57,568 bases of DNA from a virus. The DNA lies in the IMG/VR virus record IMGVR_UViG_3300017776_000014, positions 1 through 57,568 of that record; one strand, 5' to 3'. The position numbers and the translations under genes are program-made. This document shows, piece by piece, positions 1 to 9,250 of the stretch (the stretch's first letter is position 1; each line of letters starts with the position of its first letter). The notes beneath the pieces were generated by a model, which was not told the DNA's origin, searched no databases, and saw nothing but the letters and a program-made list of their open reading frames with translations.

Positions 1-123
1 CAGCAAGAGGCTGATGAAGCCTTGCGTAATTTAGGTATTGACGTAGATGAGTTTGTAAGAGTATCTAAACTTTTAGATTCTGGTTACGTCTTGAATGAAG
101 CGGATTTAAACTTTTGGAACGAC
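1..123. repeat. Terminal direct repeat, copy 1 (identical to 57446..57568); consistent with a circular-assembly overlap or terminal redundancy
   Basis: Bases 1-123 (cagcaagaggctgatgaagcc...cttttggaacgac) re-occur exactly at 57446-57568. The repeat lies inside a coding frame that stays open across it. Confidence 0.95.
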
Positions 124-741
124 TCAACTCGTGAAGCAACATTCACATTCATCAATGATGCTGTTGCGCTTCCACAATCTGCTAACAGACCTATGATCTA
201 CCAAGATCCTCGATTCGCTCTCTTCACTCAATTCCAGGGTTTTATGGCTACCTTCACAGCAAACCATATACCAAAGCTATGGGGTGAATACGTTAAGCGT
301 GGTACTCCCGCTATGAAGTACAATGCGTTTGCTACTATGACTACTATGATTATGCTAGGCTTCGCATCTCAATACTTAAAAGACCTTATTAAGTATGGTC
401 AAAAGTCTCCGTACTTAGATGATGCTGAGATTATTCAAAGAGGTGTCATGTCAAGCGGATTGCTTGGCACTGGTGAGAGAGTTATAGAGCAGTTCTTTCC
501 GATCTATGAGCAACGCTCTGATGGAGCGGGAGAGTGGTTCTTTAATACATCAGTTGGCGAATCACCTGCACTAAGCACTGTTAAACGTCTTGGTAGAGTA
601 GGTGGAAGCGTGATTGAAGGTGACATAGAAAGAGCAGCATATCAAGGGCTAAAGACAACTCCGTTTCTTGGTCCATTCACAGAGCTTAATAAGAAGCTTG
701 CAAGTAATCTTTCCGGATGGAATTATAATGGAGAACAGTAA
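1..741 (+). CDS. C-terminal 246 codons of the 1289-aa internal/ejection virion protein that starts at 54317 (wraps across the circular junction)
   Basis: Position 1 is codon position 1 of the frame that is open from ATG 54317 to the window end. The stop TAA is at 739-741. The ORF-track entry 22..741 is the same frame. Confidence 0.85.
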   Translation, partial: QQEADEALRNLGIDVDEFVRVSKLLDSGYVLNEADLNFWNDSTREATFTFINDAVALPQSANRPMIYQDPRFALFTQFQGFMATFTANHIPKLWGEYVKRGTPAMKYNAFATMTTMIMLGFASQYLKDLIKYGQKSPYLDDAEIIQRGVMSSGLLGTGERVIEQFFPIYEQRSDGAGEWFFNTSVGESPALSTVKRLGRVGGSVIEGDIERAAYQGLKTTPFLGPFTELNKKLASNLSGWNYNGEQ

Positions 742-3700
742 TGGCTAGAGCAACAGTAGCAGGTAGTATTAGTGCTGCACAGGATAAGAAGATTCCTCAG
801 GGGGTAGAGTTACCCTCTGAGACAGCATTAGATTACGCTAAAGCTGTACCTTCTTGGCTTGAAAACTTACGTGGTATGCCTGAGCAAGAGCAAGCCATAT
901 CTGAGCAAGAGCAAGCCATATCTGAGCAAGAGCAAGCAACGGAAGTTAGAGCTCCAACTACGACGCAGTTAAGTACACCTGAAAATCCAGAAGATTCTGT
1001 GTCTGCACCTGCCCAACCTATAGTAAATCCTGATAGTTCTTTTATAGAAGAAATAGAAAGACAATCTATACCTTCGTTTAAACAAAAACAACGCATGGAA
1101 ACCGGGCCGGATAAATGGCAATATAATAGTTCAGCTCAAAATGCTAACTCGTTACCTTTACAAACTAACCAATCAGATGGTGGGATGAAGACTCGCGCGA
1201 CTGATATTATTAATAATAAAAATGGTATTGGGTTTACAGTGCAAGCTGATCCTCAAGGTGAAACTACTTCTGCAATGAGTAAAGTCTTACATAAGCTTGG
1301 AGCAGTAGTCGAAAAGCAACCTGAAGATTTAGGCTTTACGCCTGATAAGCTTTCTTATAAAGCTGATCCTGCTTTAATGGGTGTTGGTGCGCTTGTTGTT
1401 GAAAACGATTTTTCTGAAATTATGCTTAATGAAGAAGAAGCTGAATCAGATCCTTTAAAAGAAGTAATGAAAACCTCAAAGTTTGACGAACAATACCAAA
1501 AACCGTTAACTCTTGAAGTAACTCGTGCAAAGAATAATGCAAAGGTCGGTAACAAGGTATACCAAGAGTATCAACGATTAAAAGGTGAAGCATCTGCAGA
1601 TCCTACGATTCCTGAAAGAGCTTTACCAAGAGAAGAAGCTGAAATTCTTGGGCAAGCTATGAAAGAAATATGGGCTCGCAATAATCCTGATATGATTGAG
1701 ATTATCCCTGGCAACGAGAAAGAGCAGGCTACGTATCGTATTACTGATGAAGGACAAACAAAGCTAGCGAGGAATACTCTTGAGCGTACTAAGTTCTTTA
1801 ATAAAACTATTGTACAGCCTTCTAAAATACCTTTACCAGAAGGTAAATTACCGGGAGATGTAGGTGCAACAGTAGTAAAAGATATATCTGGCAGAGTTGG
1901 AAACATAAGACTTGGTAAAGAGATAGCTCAAGCTGCTAGGAATTTATCTACAGTACCGCATGTTGTAGATAATAGACGTGCACGCATTATGTATCAAACT
2001 CTTTTACCAGTGCTTGCCACAAACTCATCTTCATCTTGGATGGCTGACATCTATAGCATAGGCCAAGATAAAATGAATGACTTTCTTGGTGCGCAGAGAG
2101 GTTATCAAAGAAAGGCTAAAGAAGCTGAAGCTCGAGGAGAATTAGATAAGTTTATTAAACTCAACGGTGTATATGATCCACAAGAGAATATGGCTAAGTT
2201 GAGATTTAAGATTGCGCAAGAGGCACAGTCTATTGCACAGAATAGAAAGGGTGCTAATTACCTAACATACAATGTACAGTCTTTTAATGGACGCCTCACA
2301 CCTCAGCAAACTTACTTCAATCCAGTAACATCTAAGCTTGTTAGGTTTGTAACTAAAAATGCAACACCTGCAGTAGTTAAGAAGGGTAGTAGACAAGAAC
2401 GTAATTTAAGACAGATCTATACGTTATTACTTAACGACAGCATTAGTGGCTCACCTATGAATGGAGCTGATTCTCTTTTACCAGATGCTAGAGATAGCGC
2501 TTTAACCGTTGCAACCCCAAAACTAAAACAATGGGGTGAAAGGCTTAAGCAAGTTCTAACTATGACGAACGAAGAGTACGAAGCAGTATCAGAAGCTATC
2601 TCGAAAGGGTTACCATTTTCTGATCCAGCATTCCCTAAAGTTCAACCTCTCGCTCTTGATCCTACGAATGATAAGGATCTTATCGATGCTATACAAAGTA
2701 AAGGCGAAGACGGTCCACATTATATGGACGCGTTGATTGACTTCGTGGATTATGTAGACGCGATGAAAGCAGGTAAGGACTTTAGAACAAGTATTAACGC
2801 TTACATCGATGGTAAGACTAATGGCACTGCATCTAACGCTATGCAGATGGGATATATTCCTACTGCGTTTCGAACAGGTGTTCTTAGGTTAGGCACTGAA
2901 AACCTTCTTGATGAAGGTGATGTGCGAGATCAACTCAAAGAACTTGCTCTATCCTCTATAACCGAAGGTTGGGATGGTAACACAGAAGCTTTTATCGGCG
3001 AACTTAATTTTGTAGCTAGGGAGATTTATAGTGATCGCGGGTTAAACAAGATGACGACTATGACATTTGGTTATGGTAAAGAAATTAATAGCTTTGCTTT
3101 TGCTATGTCTGATCTAATGGATGAACTGGCTGTACAAGATAAAGACTTTGCAGATAATTTAGATAGATTGATAAAGAAATCTAAACTGTCGCAAGACAAA
3201 GTAGCTAAAGATCTTTTAATGAATAAGTACGGTGCAGCTCTTGTAGGTGTTATATCATCTGAAGCTGTCAATGCTAGACGTTTAATGCGGGCTTCTGCAA
3301 TAGTCCATGCGACTATAGATTCGCCTTTAATTATTAAGAGCTATACAGGTATGGACCTTATACTAGGTGGATATGAAAACACAGGAGACTTTGAGACAGA
3401 TAATGTAGTTATCTTTGATAAGCTACAAGAAGCTGCTGGTGGTAAAGTAAGGAATGTATCTAAGGTTATGCATTACGATTCTAAACTTACCGCTGCTGCT
3501 GCTAGAACTCGTACAGATGATGACGGGAATATTACAAATATCCCTGGAGAGTACGTGTATGGTGGTTCTTTACCAGCTCCTGTTCAATCTCTTGATGCTG
3601 CAACTGTAGCCATGTCTTCTTCTGGAAAAAGCTGGAGTAAACTTAAATACAACTCCGGTGGCAACCCATATATGCTAACTATTTATGATGCGTTTAAGAT

Positions 3701-4304
3701 GGATGTTAATGGGTATGATACTATATTGGAAGAAGTAAATGCTAACTGGCTTAAAGCTTCTACTGAATGGTCTTATCTTAAAGAAACTAAAGAGGCTACT
3801 CAAAAAGCAGTTAATGCTTGGAATAAAAAGAATAAAGGTCGAGATCCTAAAGATAAACTTTCTCGAACAGAGAGAATGTTTATGGATTATATGCTTAGTC
3901 TAGAGCCTAACGCTAAAGGTGAGCCTAGTCAAAAACCTTTTGTTAATAAGATAAGTAAAATGCTTATAATCCCTCCTTCGCATACAGATGAAGATGGCTT
4001 CAATCCAAGACTTTGGAAGCTTGCTAGCAAAATTAAAGTTATGATGTCCAATGTAGGATATAATGTTGCTAACGCTCCTGCAGAAGGAGAAGCTACTTGG
4101 GAGCAGCTTAGAGTATTTACTAATTTTATATTACAAGCTCAAGCCCACTATGATCTAGGATCTAGTAAAGATGTGGATGCTGGAGCAAGTAAATTAAGTA
4201 ATCAATTTGACCAAGCAATAGCTCACACTGAGAGTAACAAGAAGAAGTTAAAAGAAAAAATAAAAGAATTAGGCGTTCCAGTCTATCAGTATTACGCTCA
4301 CTAA
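741..4304 (+). CDS. Divergent single-subunit (T7/N4 superfamily) RNA polymerase, candidate virion-packaged RNAP, 1187 aa
   Basis: Four motifs appear in the canonical order: NVQSFNGRL..YFNP (compare T7 DWRGRVY..MFNPQG), YIDGKTNGTASNAMQMG (motif A, compare DGSCSGIQHFSA), RGLNKMTTMTFGYG (motif B, R-x3-K-x7-YG), and LTIYDAFKMD (motif C, compare HDSF). TAATG start overlap with the preceding ejection-protein gene. Confidence 0.75.
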   Translation: MARATVAGSISAAQDKKIPQGVELPSETALDYAKAVPSWLENLRGMPEQEQAISEQEQAISEQEQATEVRAPTTTQLSTPENPEDSVSAPAQPIVNPDSSFIEEIERQSIPSFKQKQRMETGPDKWQYNSSAQNANSLPLQTNQSDGGMKTRATDIINNKNGIGFTVQADPQGETTSAMSKVLHKLGAVVEKQPEDLGFTPDKLSYKADPALMGVGALVVENDFSEIMLNEEEAESDPLKEVMKTSKFDEQYQKPLTLEVTRAKNNAKVGNKVYQEYQRLKGEASADPTIPERALPREEAEILGQAMKEIWARNNPDMIEIIPGNEKEQATYRITDEGQTKLARNTLERTKFFNKTIVQPSKIPLPEGKLPGDVGATVVKDISGRVGNIRLGKEIAQAARNLSTVPHVVDNRRARIMYQTLLPVLATNSSSSWMADIYSIGQDKMNDFLGAQRGYQRKAKEAEARGELDKFIKLNGVYDPQENMAKLRFKIAQEAQSIAQNRKGANYLTYNVQSFNGRLTPQQTYFNPVTSKLVRFVTKNATPAVVKKGSRQERNLRQIYTLLLNDSISGSPMNGADSLLPDARDSALTVATPKLKQWGERLKQVLTMTNEEYEAVSEAISKGLPFSDPAFPKVQPLALDPTNDKDLIDAIQSKGEDGPHYMDALIDFVDYVDAMKAGKDFRTSINAYIDGKTNGTASNAMQMGYIPTAFRTGVLRLGTENLLDEGDVRDQLKELALSSITEGWDGNTEAFIGELNFVAREIYSDRGLNKMTTMTFGYGKEINSFAFAMSDLMDELAVQDKDFADNLDRLIKKSKLSQDKVAKDLLMNKYGAALVGVISSEAVNARRLMRASAIVHATIDSPLIIKSYTGMDLILGGYENTGDFETDNVVIFDKLQEAAGGKVRNVSKVMHYDSKLTAAAARTRTDDDGNITNIPGEYVYGGSLPAPVQSLDAATVAMSSSGKSWSKLKYNSGGNPYMLTIYDAFKMDVNGYDTILEEVNANWLKASTEWSYLKETKEATQKAVNAWNKKNKGRDPKDKLSRTERMFMDYMLSLEPNAKGEPSQKPFVNKISKMLIIPPSHTDEDGFNPRLWKLASKIKVMMSNVGYNVANAPAEGEATWEQLRVFTNFILQAQAHYDLGSSKDVDAGASKLSNQFDQAIAHTESNKKKLKEKIKELGVPVYQYYAH
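881..939 (+). repeat. Tandem 21-bp repeat (about 2.8 copies) encoding (S/P)EQEQAI x3 near the N-terminus of the RNAP-like protein
   Basis: The unit tgagcaagagcaagccatatc occurs at 881-901 and 902-922, with a partial third copy at 923-939. Confidence 0.9.
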
Positions 4305-4319
4305 TCTCTAAGGTGAGAC

Positions 4320-4375
4320 AAAAAAAATAGCCCTACTCAGGTCCATTACGGATCTAAGTAGGGCACTTTTTTTTT
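4320..4375. terminator. Bidirectional intrinsic terminator between convergent genes
   Basis: An A8 run, a long hairpin (GCCCTACT...AGTAGGGC with apical TCC-ATTAC-GGA, 4330-4364), then a T9 run. It lies between the stop of 741..4304 (+) and the stop of 4374..4619 (-). Confidence 0.85.
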
Positions 4376-4619
4376 ATTTAAGCATACCATTCTTGGCAAG
4401 CAGTTCTTTGATGTCACGCTTCGCTGTGTTGAAGTTTTGTGTAGCAATTTCTTCGCTAACACCTTCAGCTATGTTCTCATCATACACACGTTTAAGCATA
4501 ACATCATTAATGCGTGGAGTGTAGGCTACGTCCTCAGGTAATCCAAACTCCTCAACATATTCCATGTCATCCACATTGGCGCCGCGTAGCGCTAAATAAT
4601 TATAAGATTTTTTACTCAT
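4374..4619 (-). CDS. Hypothetical protein (81 aa)
   Basis: ORF with ATGA start/stop overlap with the upstream RNAP gene. It is the last gene of the minus operon, just before the terminator. Confidence 0.6.
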   Translation of the reverse strand: MSKKSYNYLALRGANVDDMEYVEEFGLPEDVAYTPRINDVMLKRVYDENIAEGVSEEIATQNFNTAKRDIKELLAKNGMLK

Positions 4620-6895
4620 GCAAAGAAATACTCCGATTTCTCTATATCAGATATATCAAGTGAGCCTATGGTAGGTTGCTCAACATCTAACTCTGATTGG
4701 TTTGTTACTAATTGATCTTGAATGTAGTTGTAGAAGTTATCCACATCGTACATCCTAATGAATACGCTCTTAGTTAGTGATAGGAGTTTATCCACATCAC
4801 ATGCGTGGGTTGAGAATGAGTCATGCACTGCACCAAAGTCTTCATTCCATTCATCTATAACGAGTGCCATGTGGCTTGCGTCTAGTGAGTGGACGAAGTT
4901 AGGTGATACACCCCTCATAAATCCTCTTATGTCCGGCATTCTACTTGGGACTTGCGCCACATGTTTTATCTGCTTTCCATCAATACTACCTCTAGTTTTA
5001 GCTGATCGCATAATCCAGTTTTCGTAATGGACTTTGAATCCTGAGGGTGTTACCCATGAAAGTGTATCTGATCCGTTACCGTAAACCTTAACACTTGTAT
5101 AACTATTTAGCTGCTTCTTCAGCTCATCCAACTCGTCTAACTCTTCGTCAGTCTTGTCTTCCTGGATGTATAGTTCTTTATACCTAGCTTTAATAGTATC
5201 GTATTCTTTACCAGCCTTTTCTCCATCAGGGCCTACGCGTTCATACTTACCTATCTCAAACGCAGCGAGATTTTGGAAGTAACTCATAGTAGATAATGGA
5301 CCTGGGCATACGTTATCAATCGCTCTAATCAAAGTCTTTGCGAGGCTCTTGCAATTATCCTCTGTGATGTCGTATGTTATATGGAAGTCATCTGCTTTAC
5401 AATCGAAGAACATATTCTCTGCGATCTTACCAGCACCAGCTGAGTATGCTCGAGTCATCGAGCCTCTCTTACTAATGCCTTTACGGATGTGCTTCATCGG
5501 CATGGTGTCGAGCTTACCTTGTATTTCCTCATCCTCATTGAGGTTGATAAGCTCCTTTGCGGTTTGCACGTAGAAGTCTTGTTGAATATCTGTAGGTATT
5601 AGACCAACAAGTTTACCTGTCTGTGGGTCTTTAGATATAGCACCTAAGTGCTGCCATCCGTTATTAGAACCATCGATCGGTATAGGTAGGTGGGTCATGA
5701 ATATTCTATTTTGCTCACGGGCAATTGAATAATCGTACCACTCTATACAAGTTGCGAGAAAAGCCACCGGCTTCTCTGCGTCTTCTGAGAAACTAGCAGC
5801 TCTACCTGCTTGCATTATCTCATCCATATATTCATTAGTCCATTGGATTCTATCTTGTATAACCATTTTGTCTACTGAGATATTATCTAGACCTTCATCT
5901 TTTAAGTACGTTTTGTAGTCTGTGCTGCACCACTCTGGTATTTCATCTATAGAGTAGGACATGTTGAATGAAGTCGCTGTGTGTATAGCTAACCATTGTA
6001 GACCTTCATCGGTCATTGGTTTACCTCTCGCAAACTTCAATAATCCTCTAGCTAAATCAGATCCTTGAAAGTTTAAGAAAGGTTCACTATAATATAGTCT
6101 ACTTCTATAATCCGCTTCTAAATACTGATAGAATACATCAGCATCTTTAAGCTTCTTAGCCTTCTCCGTTATGAAATACCATTCAATACATTTGCTTCTA
6201 CGTTTCTGTTCTTTCGCATCATTATCCTCAATGGGATTATAGGATACGAAGAAGTCTTCATTGTCTAGCAGAGCATCTAATACTCTACGATTAATCCTCC
6301 ACCCAGTCCGTTGCAATTTATTAATCGCTCTAACCCAAGGCTTGTTAATGTCAAACTCGTCCTGGCTATTCTTCACAACATGGATAGTCCTATCAGAGAC
6401 TGACTGGGTTGACTTCCTAATAAGGGGAGGGCGGTTCCGTGAGGTTCCAATAAGGTTTATACGTTCCCGTGTTTCTGGAATGTCTCCTAAAATAGCCCAA
6501 TCAGAGGTTGCGGATATAATGTAGGAGCTATCCCGTACTTTCGGGTAGTATAACTCGATTAAGTTATTAACTTTATATGCTTCAATAAACAAATCACCTA
6601 ATCGAACTTGCATATTCCAAGGTAATGGTTCTCGTTGGATACGCGTAGATATTGCTTGACCAATAAGCATAGACGTAGCTGTAAGCTTAGCCGTCCCTGC
6701 TGGAGAGTCAGAGCTTGTCCTCGAGAATTGAAATTGGATTATTGAGAAGGAGATACTGACGAACTTGTCAATATCCTCTTCCCAAGTTTTATGCAGCCGC
6801 AGAAGAACAGCACCGGAATTAGCTTTGGGATTTTTAGGATTTACTTTCCTTATCTTTTCCCGAAGATGATCGGTTACTCGGTTTAATGCAGTCAA
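4616..6895 (-). CDS. T7-like single-subunit DNA-dependent RNA polymerase (759 aa)
   Basis: DYRSRLYY..FLNFQGSDLARGLL (DxxGR region), PIDGSNNGWQHLGAIS (motif A), KRGSMTRAYSAG (motif B), AVHDSFSTH (motif C). The C-terminal YFFA compares with the T7 FAFA foot. Confidence 0.93.
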   Translation of the reverse strand: MTALNRVTDHLREKIRKVNPKNPKANSGAVLLRLHKTWEEDIDKFVSISFSIIQFQFSRTSSDSPAGTAKLTATSMLIGQAISTRIQREPLPWNMQVRLGDLFIEAYKVNNLIELYYPKVRDSSYIISATSDWAILGDIPETRERINLIGTSRNRPPLIRKSTQSVSDRTIHVVKNSQDEFDINKPWVRAINKLQRTGWRINRRVLDALLDNEDFFVSYNPIEDNDAKEQKRRSKCIEWYFITEKAKKLKDADVFYQYLEADYRSRLYYSEPFLNFQGSDLARGLLKFARGKPMTDEGLQWLAIHTATSFNMSYSIDEIPEWCSTDYKTYLKDEGLDNISVDKMVIQDRIQWTNEYMDEIMQAGRAASFSEDAEKPVAFLATCIEWYDYSIAREQNRIFMTHLPIPIDGSNNGWQHLGAISKDPQTGKLVGLIPTDIQQDFYVQTAKELINLNEDEEIQGKLDTMPMKHIRKGISKRGSMTRAYSAGAGKIAENMFFDCKADDFHITYDITEDNCKSLAKTLIRAIDNVCPGPLSTMSYFQNLAAFEIGKYERVGPDGEKAGKEYDTIKARYKELYIQEDKTDEELDELDELKKQLNSYTSVKVYGNGSDTLSWVTPSGFKVHYENWIMRSAKTRGSIDGKQIKHVAQVPSRMPDIRGFMRGVSPNFVHSLDASHMALVIDEWNEDFGAVHDSFSTHACDVDKLLSLTKSVFIRMYDVDNFYNYIQDQLVTNQSELDVEQPTIGSLDISDIEKSEYFFA

Positions 6896-7277
6896 CTTTA
6901 ACTCCTCTTTCTTTTAAGAATTTTACTGCTTTCTTATCGTATAAGTTATTATACACTACACGTGTAACTCCTGCTTGCAACAGTAATCCTGCGCAGCTAT
7001 AGCAAGGGCTATATGTAACGTAAACGGTGGCTCCTGCAGCGCGACCTCCGTTCCTAGCTAGCTTCATTAAAGCGTTTACCTCGGCATGGATTACTTCAGG
7101 TTTCGTAAGTCCTTCCCCGTCGCGAGTATTATTATCCATCCCTGAGGGCATTCCGTTCCAACCTTGAGAGAGAATCTGACCCTCTTGTACAATGCAGCAG
7201 CCAACTCTAATTTGTTCGTCGTGACTGAGACCTGCAAAGATCTCAGCCACTTCCATGTATGCCTCATCGTAAGTCAA
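6834..7277 (-). CDS. dCMP (deoxycytidylate) deaminase
   Basis: Zinc-binding motifs HAEVNAL and SPCYSCAGLL. The start is uncertain. The ORF is open to 7520, but that extension overlaps the helicase gene. A TTG at 7277, or an ATG at 7256 preceded by GAGG, is more plausible. Confidence 0.85.
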   Translation of the reverse strand: MTYDEAYMEVAEIFAGLSHDEQIRVGCCIVQEGQILSQGWNGMPSGMDNNTRDGEGLTKPEVIHAEVNALMKLARNGGRAAGATVYVTYSPCYSCAGLLLQAGVTRVVYNNLYDKKAVKFLKERGVKVDCIKPSNRSSSGKDKESKS

Positions 7278-8877
7278 CTGCTTCGATAGAGAACGAACCC
7301 GACGCTTTAAGACGTGCGGTGGAGGGGTCGTATATTGCTGACCCGGCATTTCCTGTAAGTCCAGTAAATCGGGACTTGAGTACTCGGAATTGGATTGTGT
7401 TTCGCTCTGTTTCGTTTTCCGCAACGAGGTTACGTGCGAAAGCGATAATGTCGAAGCTAATTTGTTTGATAGAGCCTGAGCCCTTGATGTCATCGATGCT
7501 AGCAAGTTTACCTTCCTCAAATGATTTACCTTGTGGTGATGCTTTACGTAAGTGGGAGATTAAACCTAGCCATACGTTATGTCTCTTAACTACTTTAAGT
7601 AGGTCAGACATAACTTTATCTACAGCTTCGTTACCTGATAGACCTTCACTTCCTTCGCTGACGGCGATTGTGATGTGGTCGAGGACCAAGTATTTACAAC
7701 CGAGTAAGGCCATGTATTCGATTTTATCGATGAGGCTGTCGTCTCCAACTGATCCTTGGTGGTCGAGAAGTACCAACCGTTCGTCTCCGAATACTTGATC
7801 GTATCCAGCTCTGATTTCCTCTTGAGATAGAGGTGGAGGATCGTTGATTGGTCGTTTGAGTTGCATTGAGATAAACTTTTCAGCTGTGTCTCCAACACTC
7901 TCTTCAAGAGAGATGAGGCCCACCTTGTCGTCAGTTGTATCCAGTAAACTGAGAATGATCTCTTTAATAACAGTACTTTTACCAGAGCCAGTACCACTCG
8001 TAAATAGAGAAATTTCACCTTGTCTAATCCCCTTTATTTTTTCATTCAATCCAGAAAGACAATTAGGATATGGTACTGACTCAACGTTTTGCCTTGCGAC
8101 AAATTGATTCCATATCTCTTCACCTACAACGATACCTGAGGGAGACCACGGCGCTGCATCGTACACCGCTTGCAAGATTGCCTTTGCGCCCTCCTTCATT
8201 AGTACTTCATTAGGATCTTTATGTTTCAGTTTAGCGATCCTTACCTTACCTGGCTTCAGCATTTTGCCTAGATAATTAGTAGCTTTCTGACCTGCTTCAT
8301 CGTTATCTAGCATTAAGATTACTGAGTCGAAATTATTAAGCCAATCCCTTTGAGCCAAAGCATGAGAGGTAGCAGAAGCAGAAGGTAAAGAAACCACAGG
8401 GAAAATTCTTCCTTTGGTTTGCTGCCATGCCTCCGCAACGGAAAGTGCGTCAAGTTCTCCTTCTGTAATAACGAGAGTCCTGTTACCGGCACACTGTGTT
8501 TGTCCGAAGAGTTCTGTGTTTTTGAAGTCTCCATGTACTCTAAACTCCTTAGGAAGTTTACGTTCTTTATAAGCTACAATCTCACCATTGCGTGTGTATG
8601 GGTAGTAGTGAGATTCAGGTTTTCCGTCCTGATCTACTGACATTTTCACATTGAAGTAATCTACAATCTGTTGTGAAATACCGCGAGAAGTAATAGGATA
8701 AGACCTATAGGAACTAATGGCGGAATATGTAGTAGGATTTCTATCGGTGCGTAATTCATCTAATGACACTACTTTTCCTTTGTTTGGGTTATATGTATTA
8801 CATGAGAAACAATATTCGTGATCTTCATATACTTCAACTGCGTCACTACTCTGACACTTGTTGCAACTTGTCTTCAT
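7264..8877 (-). CDS. Bifunctional DNA primase/helicase (T7 gp4-like)
   Basis: N-terminal Cys4 zinc finger (CNKCQS...CFSCN). TOPRIM motifs (ITEGELDALS, LMLDNDEAG). Walker A GTGSGKST and Walker B LVLDHIT. Confidence 0.92.
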   Translation of the reverse strand: MKTSCNKCQSSDAVEVYEDHEYCFSCNTYNPNKGKVVSLDELRTDRNPTTYSAISSYRSYPITSRGISQQIVDYFNVKMSVDQDGKPESHYYPYTRNGEIVAYKERKLPKEFRVHGDFKNTELFGQTQCAGNRTLVITEGELDALSVAEAWQQTKGRIFPVVSLPSASATSHALAQRDWLNNFDSVILMLDNDEAGQKATNYLGKMLKPGKVRIAKLKHKDPNEVLMKEGAKAILQAVYDAAPWSPSGIVVGEEIWNQFVARQNVESVPYPNCLSGLNEKIKGIRQGEISLFTSGTGSGKSTVIKEIILSLLDTTDDKVGLISLEESVGDTAEKFISMQLKRPINDPPPLSQEEIRAGYDQVFGDERLVLLDHQGSVGDDSLIDKIEYMALLGCKYLVLDHITIAVSEGSEGLSGNEAVDKVMSDLLKVVKRHNVWLGLISHLRKASPQGKSFEEGKLASIDDIKGSGSIKQISFDIIAFARNLVAENETERNTIQFRVLKSRFTGLTGNAGSAIYDPSTARLKASGSFSIEAVDLR

Positions 8878-9250
8878 CCTTATTCTTTCTTTGTATGTGG
8901 GTTGATGAATGTAGGTCTACTGAGAAGTGTATAAACTCTTCCCCCTTAGGAACGATACGTTTAACAGCTTCTATATAGTAAACTCTACAATCATTAAATT
9001 CTTCATAGACTCTTTGTAATGTATCTAAGAAGGGTTTCAATACGTTATCCAAATCAGCTCGTTTATTAGACAAACCAACTTCAACGAAAAATGATACGGG
9101 GTTATCCTTAAAGGGCCATTCTACTCCAGTGAGCTCATCCCGTATATCATTCTGGTACTCTAAATACTCTCGGGTTTTATTCTTCCCCCGGTAGTACATC
9201 CTGTTCGCGCTGAACGCTTTCACTTTCAGCCTTACTTCTAATAGTCTCAT
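8846..9250 (-). CDS. rusA: RusA-like Holliday junction resolvase
   Basis: Size of 134 aa, with the N-terminal ..KAFSANRMYY.. segment and the ADLDNVLKPFLDTL motif typical of the RusA family. Confidence 0.7.
   Translation of the reverse strand: MRLLEVRLKVKAFSANRMYYRGKNKTREYLEYQNDIRDELTGVEWPFKDNPVSFFVEVGLSNKRADLDNVLKPFLDTLQRVYEEFNDCRVYYIEAVKRIVPKGEEFIHFSVDLHSSTHIQRKNKDEDKLQQVSE

Noticed and set aside
1-123. Treating the 123-nt end duplication as the biological direct terminal repeat of the virion DNA
   Set aside because: It lies in the middle of a continuous coding frame and has the size typical of an assembler overlap. The physical ends more plausibly lie in one of the non-coding regions, but this cannot be decided from the sequence alone.
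6834-7520. Full 228-aa version of the deaminase ORF
   Set aside because: The N-terminal 80 or so codons overlap the 3' end of the primase-helicase gene and carry no deaminase-like sequence. The domain starts near TYDEAYMEVAE, so a downstream start (7277 or 7256) is more likely.
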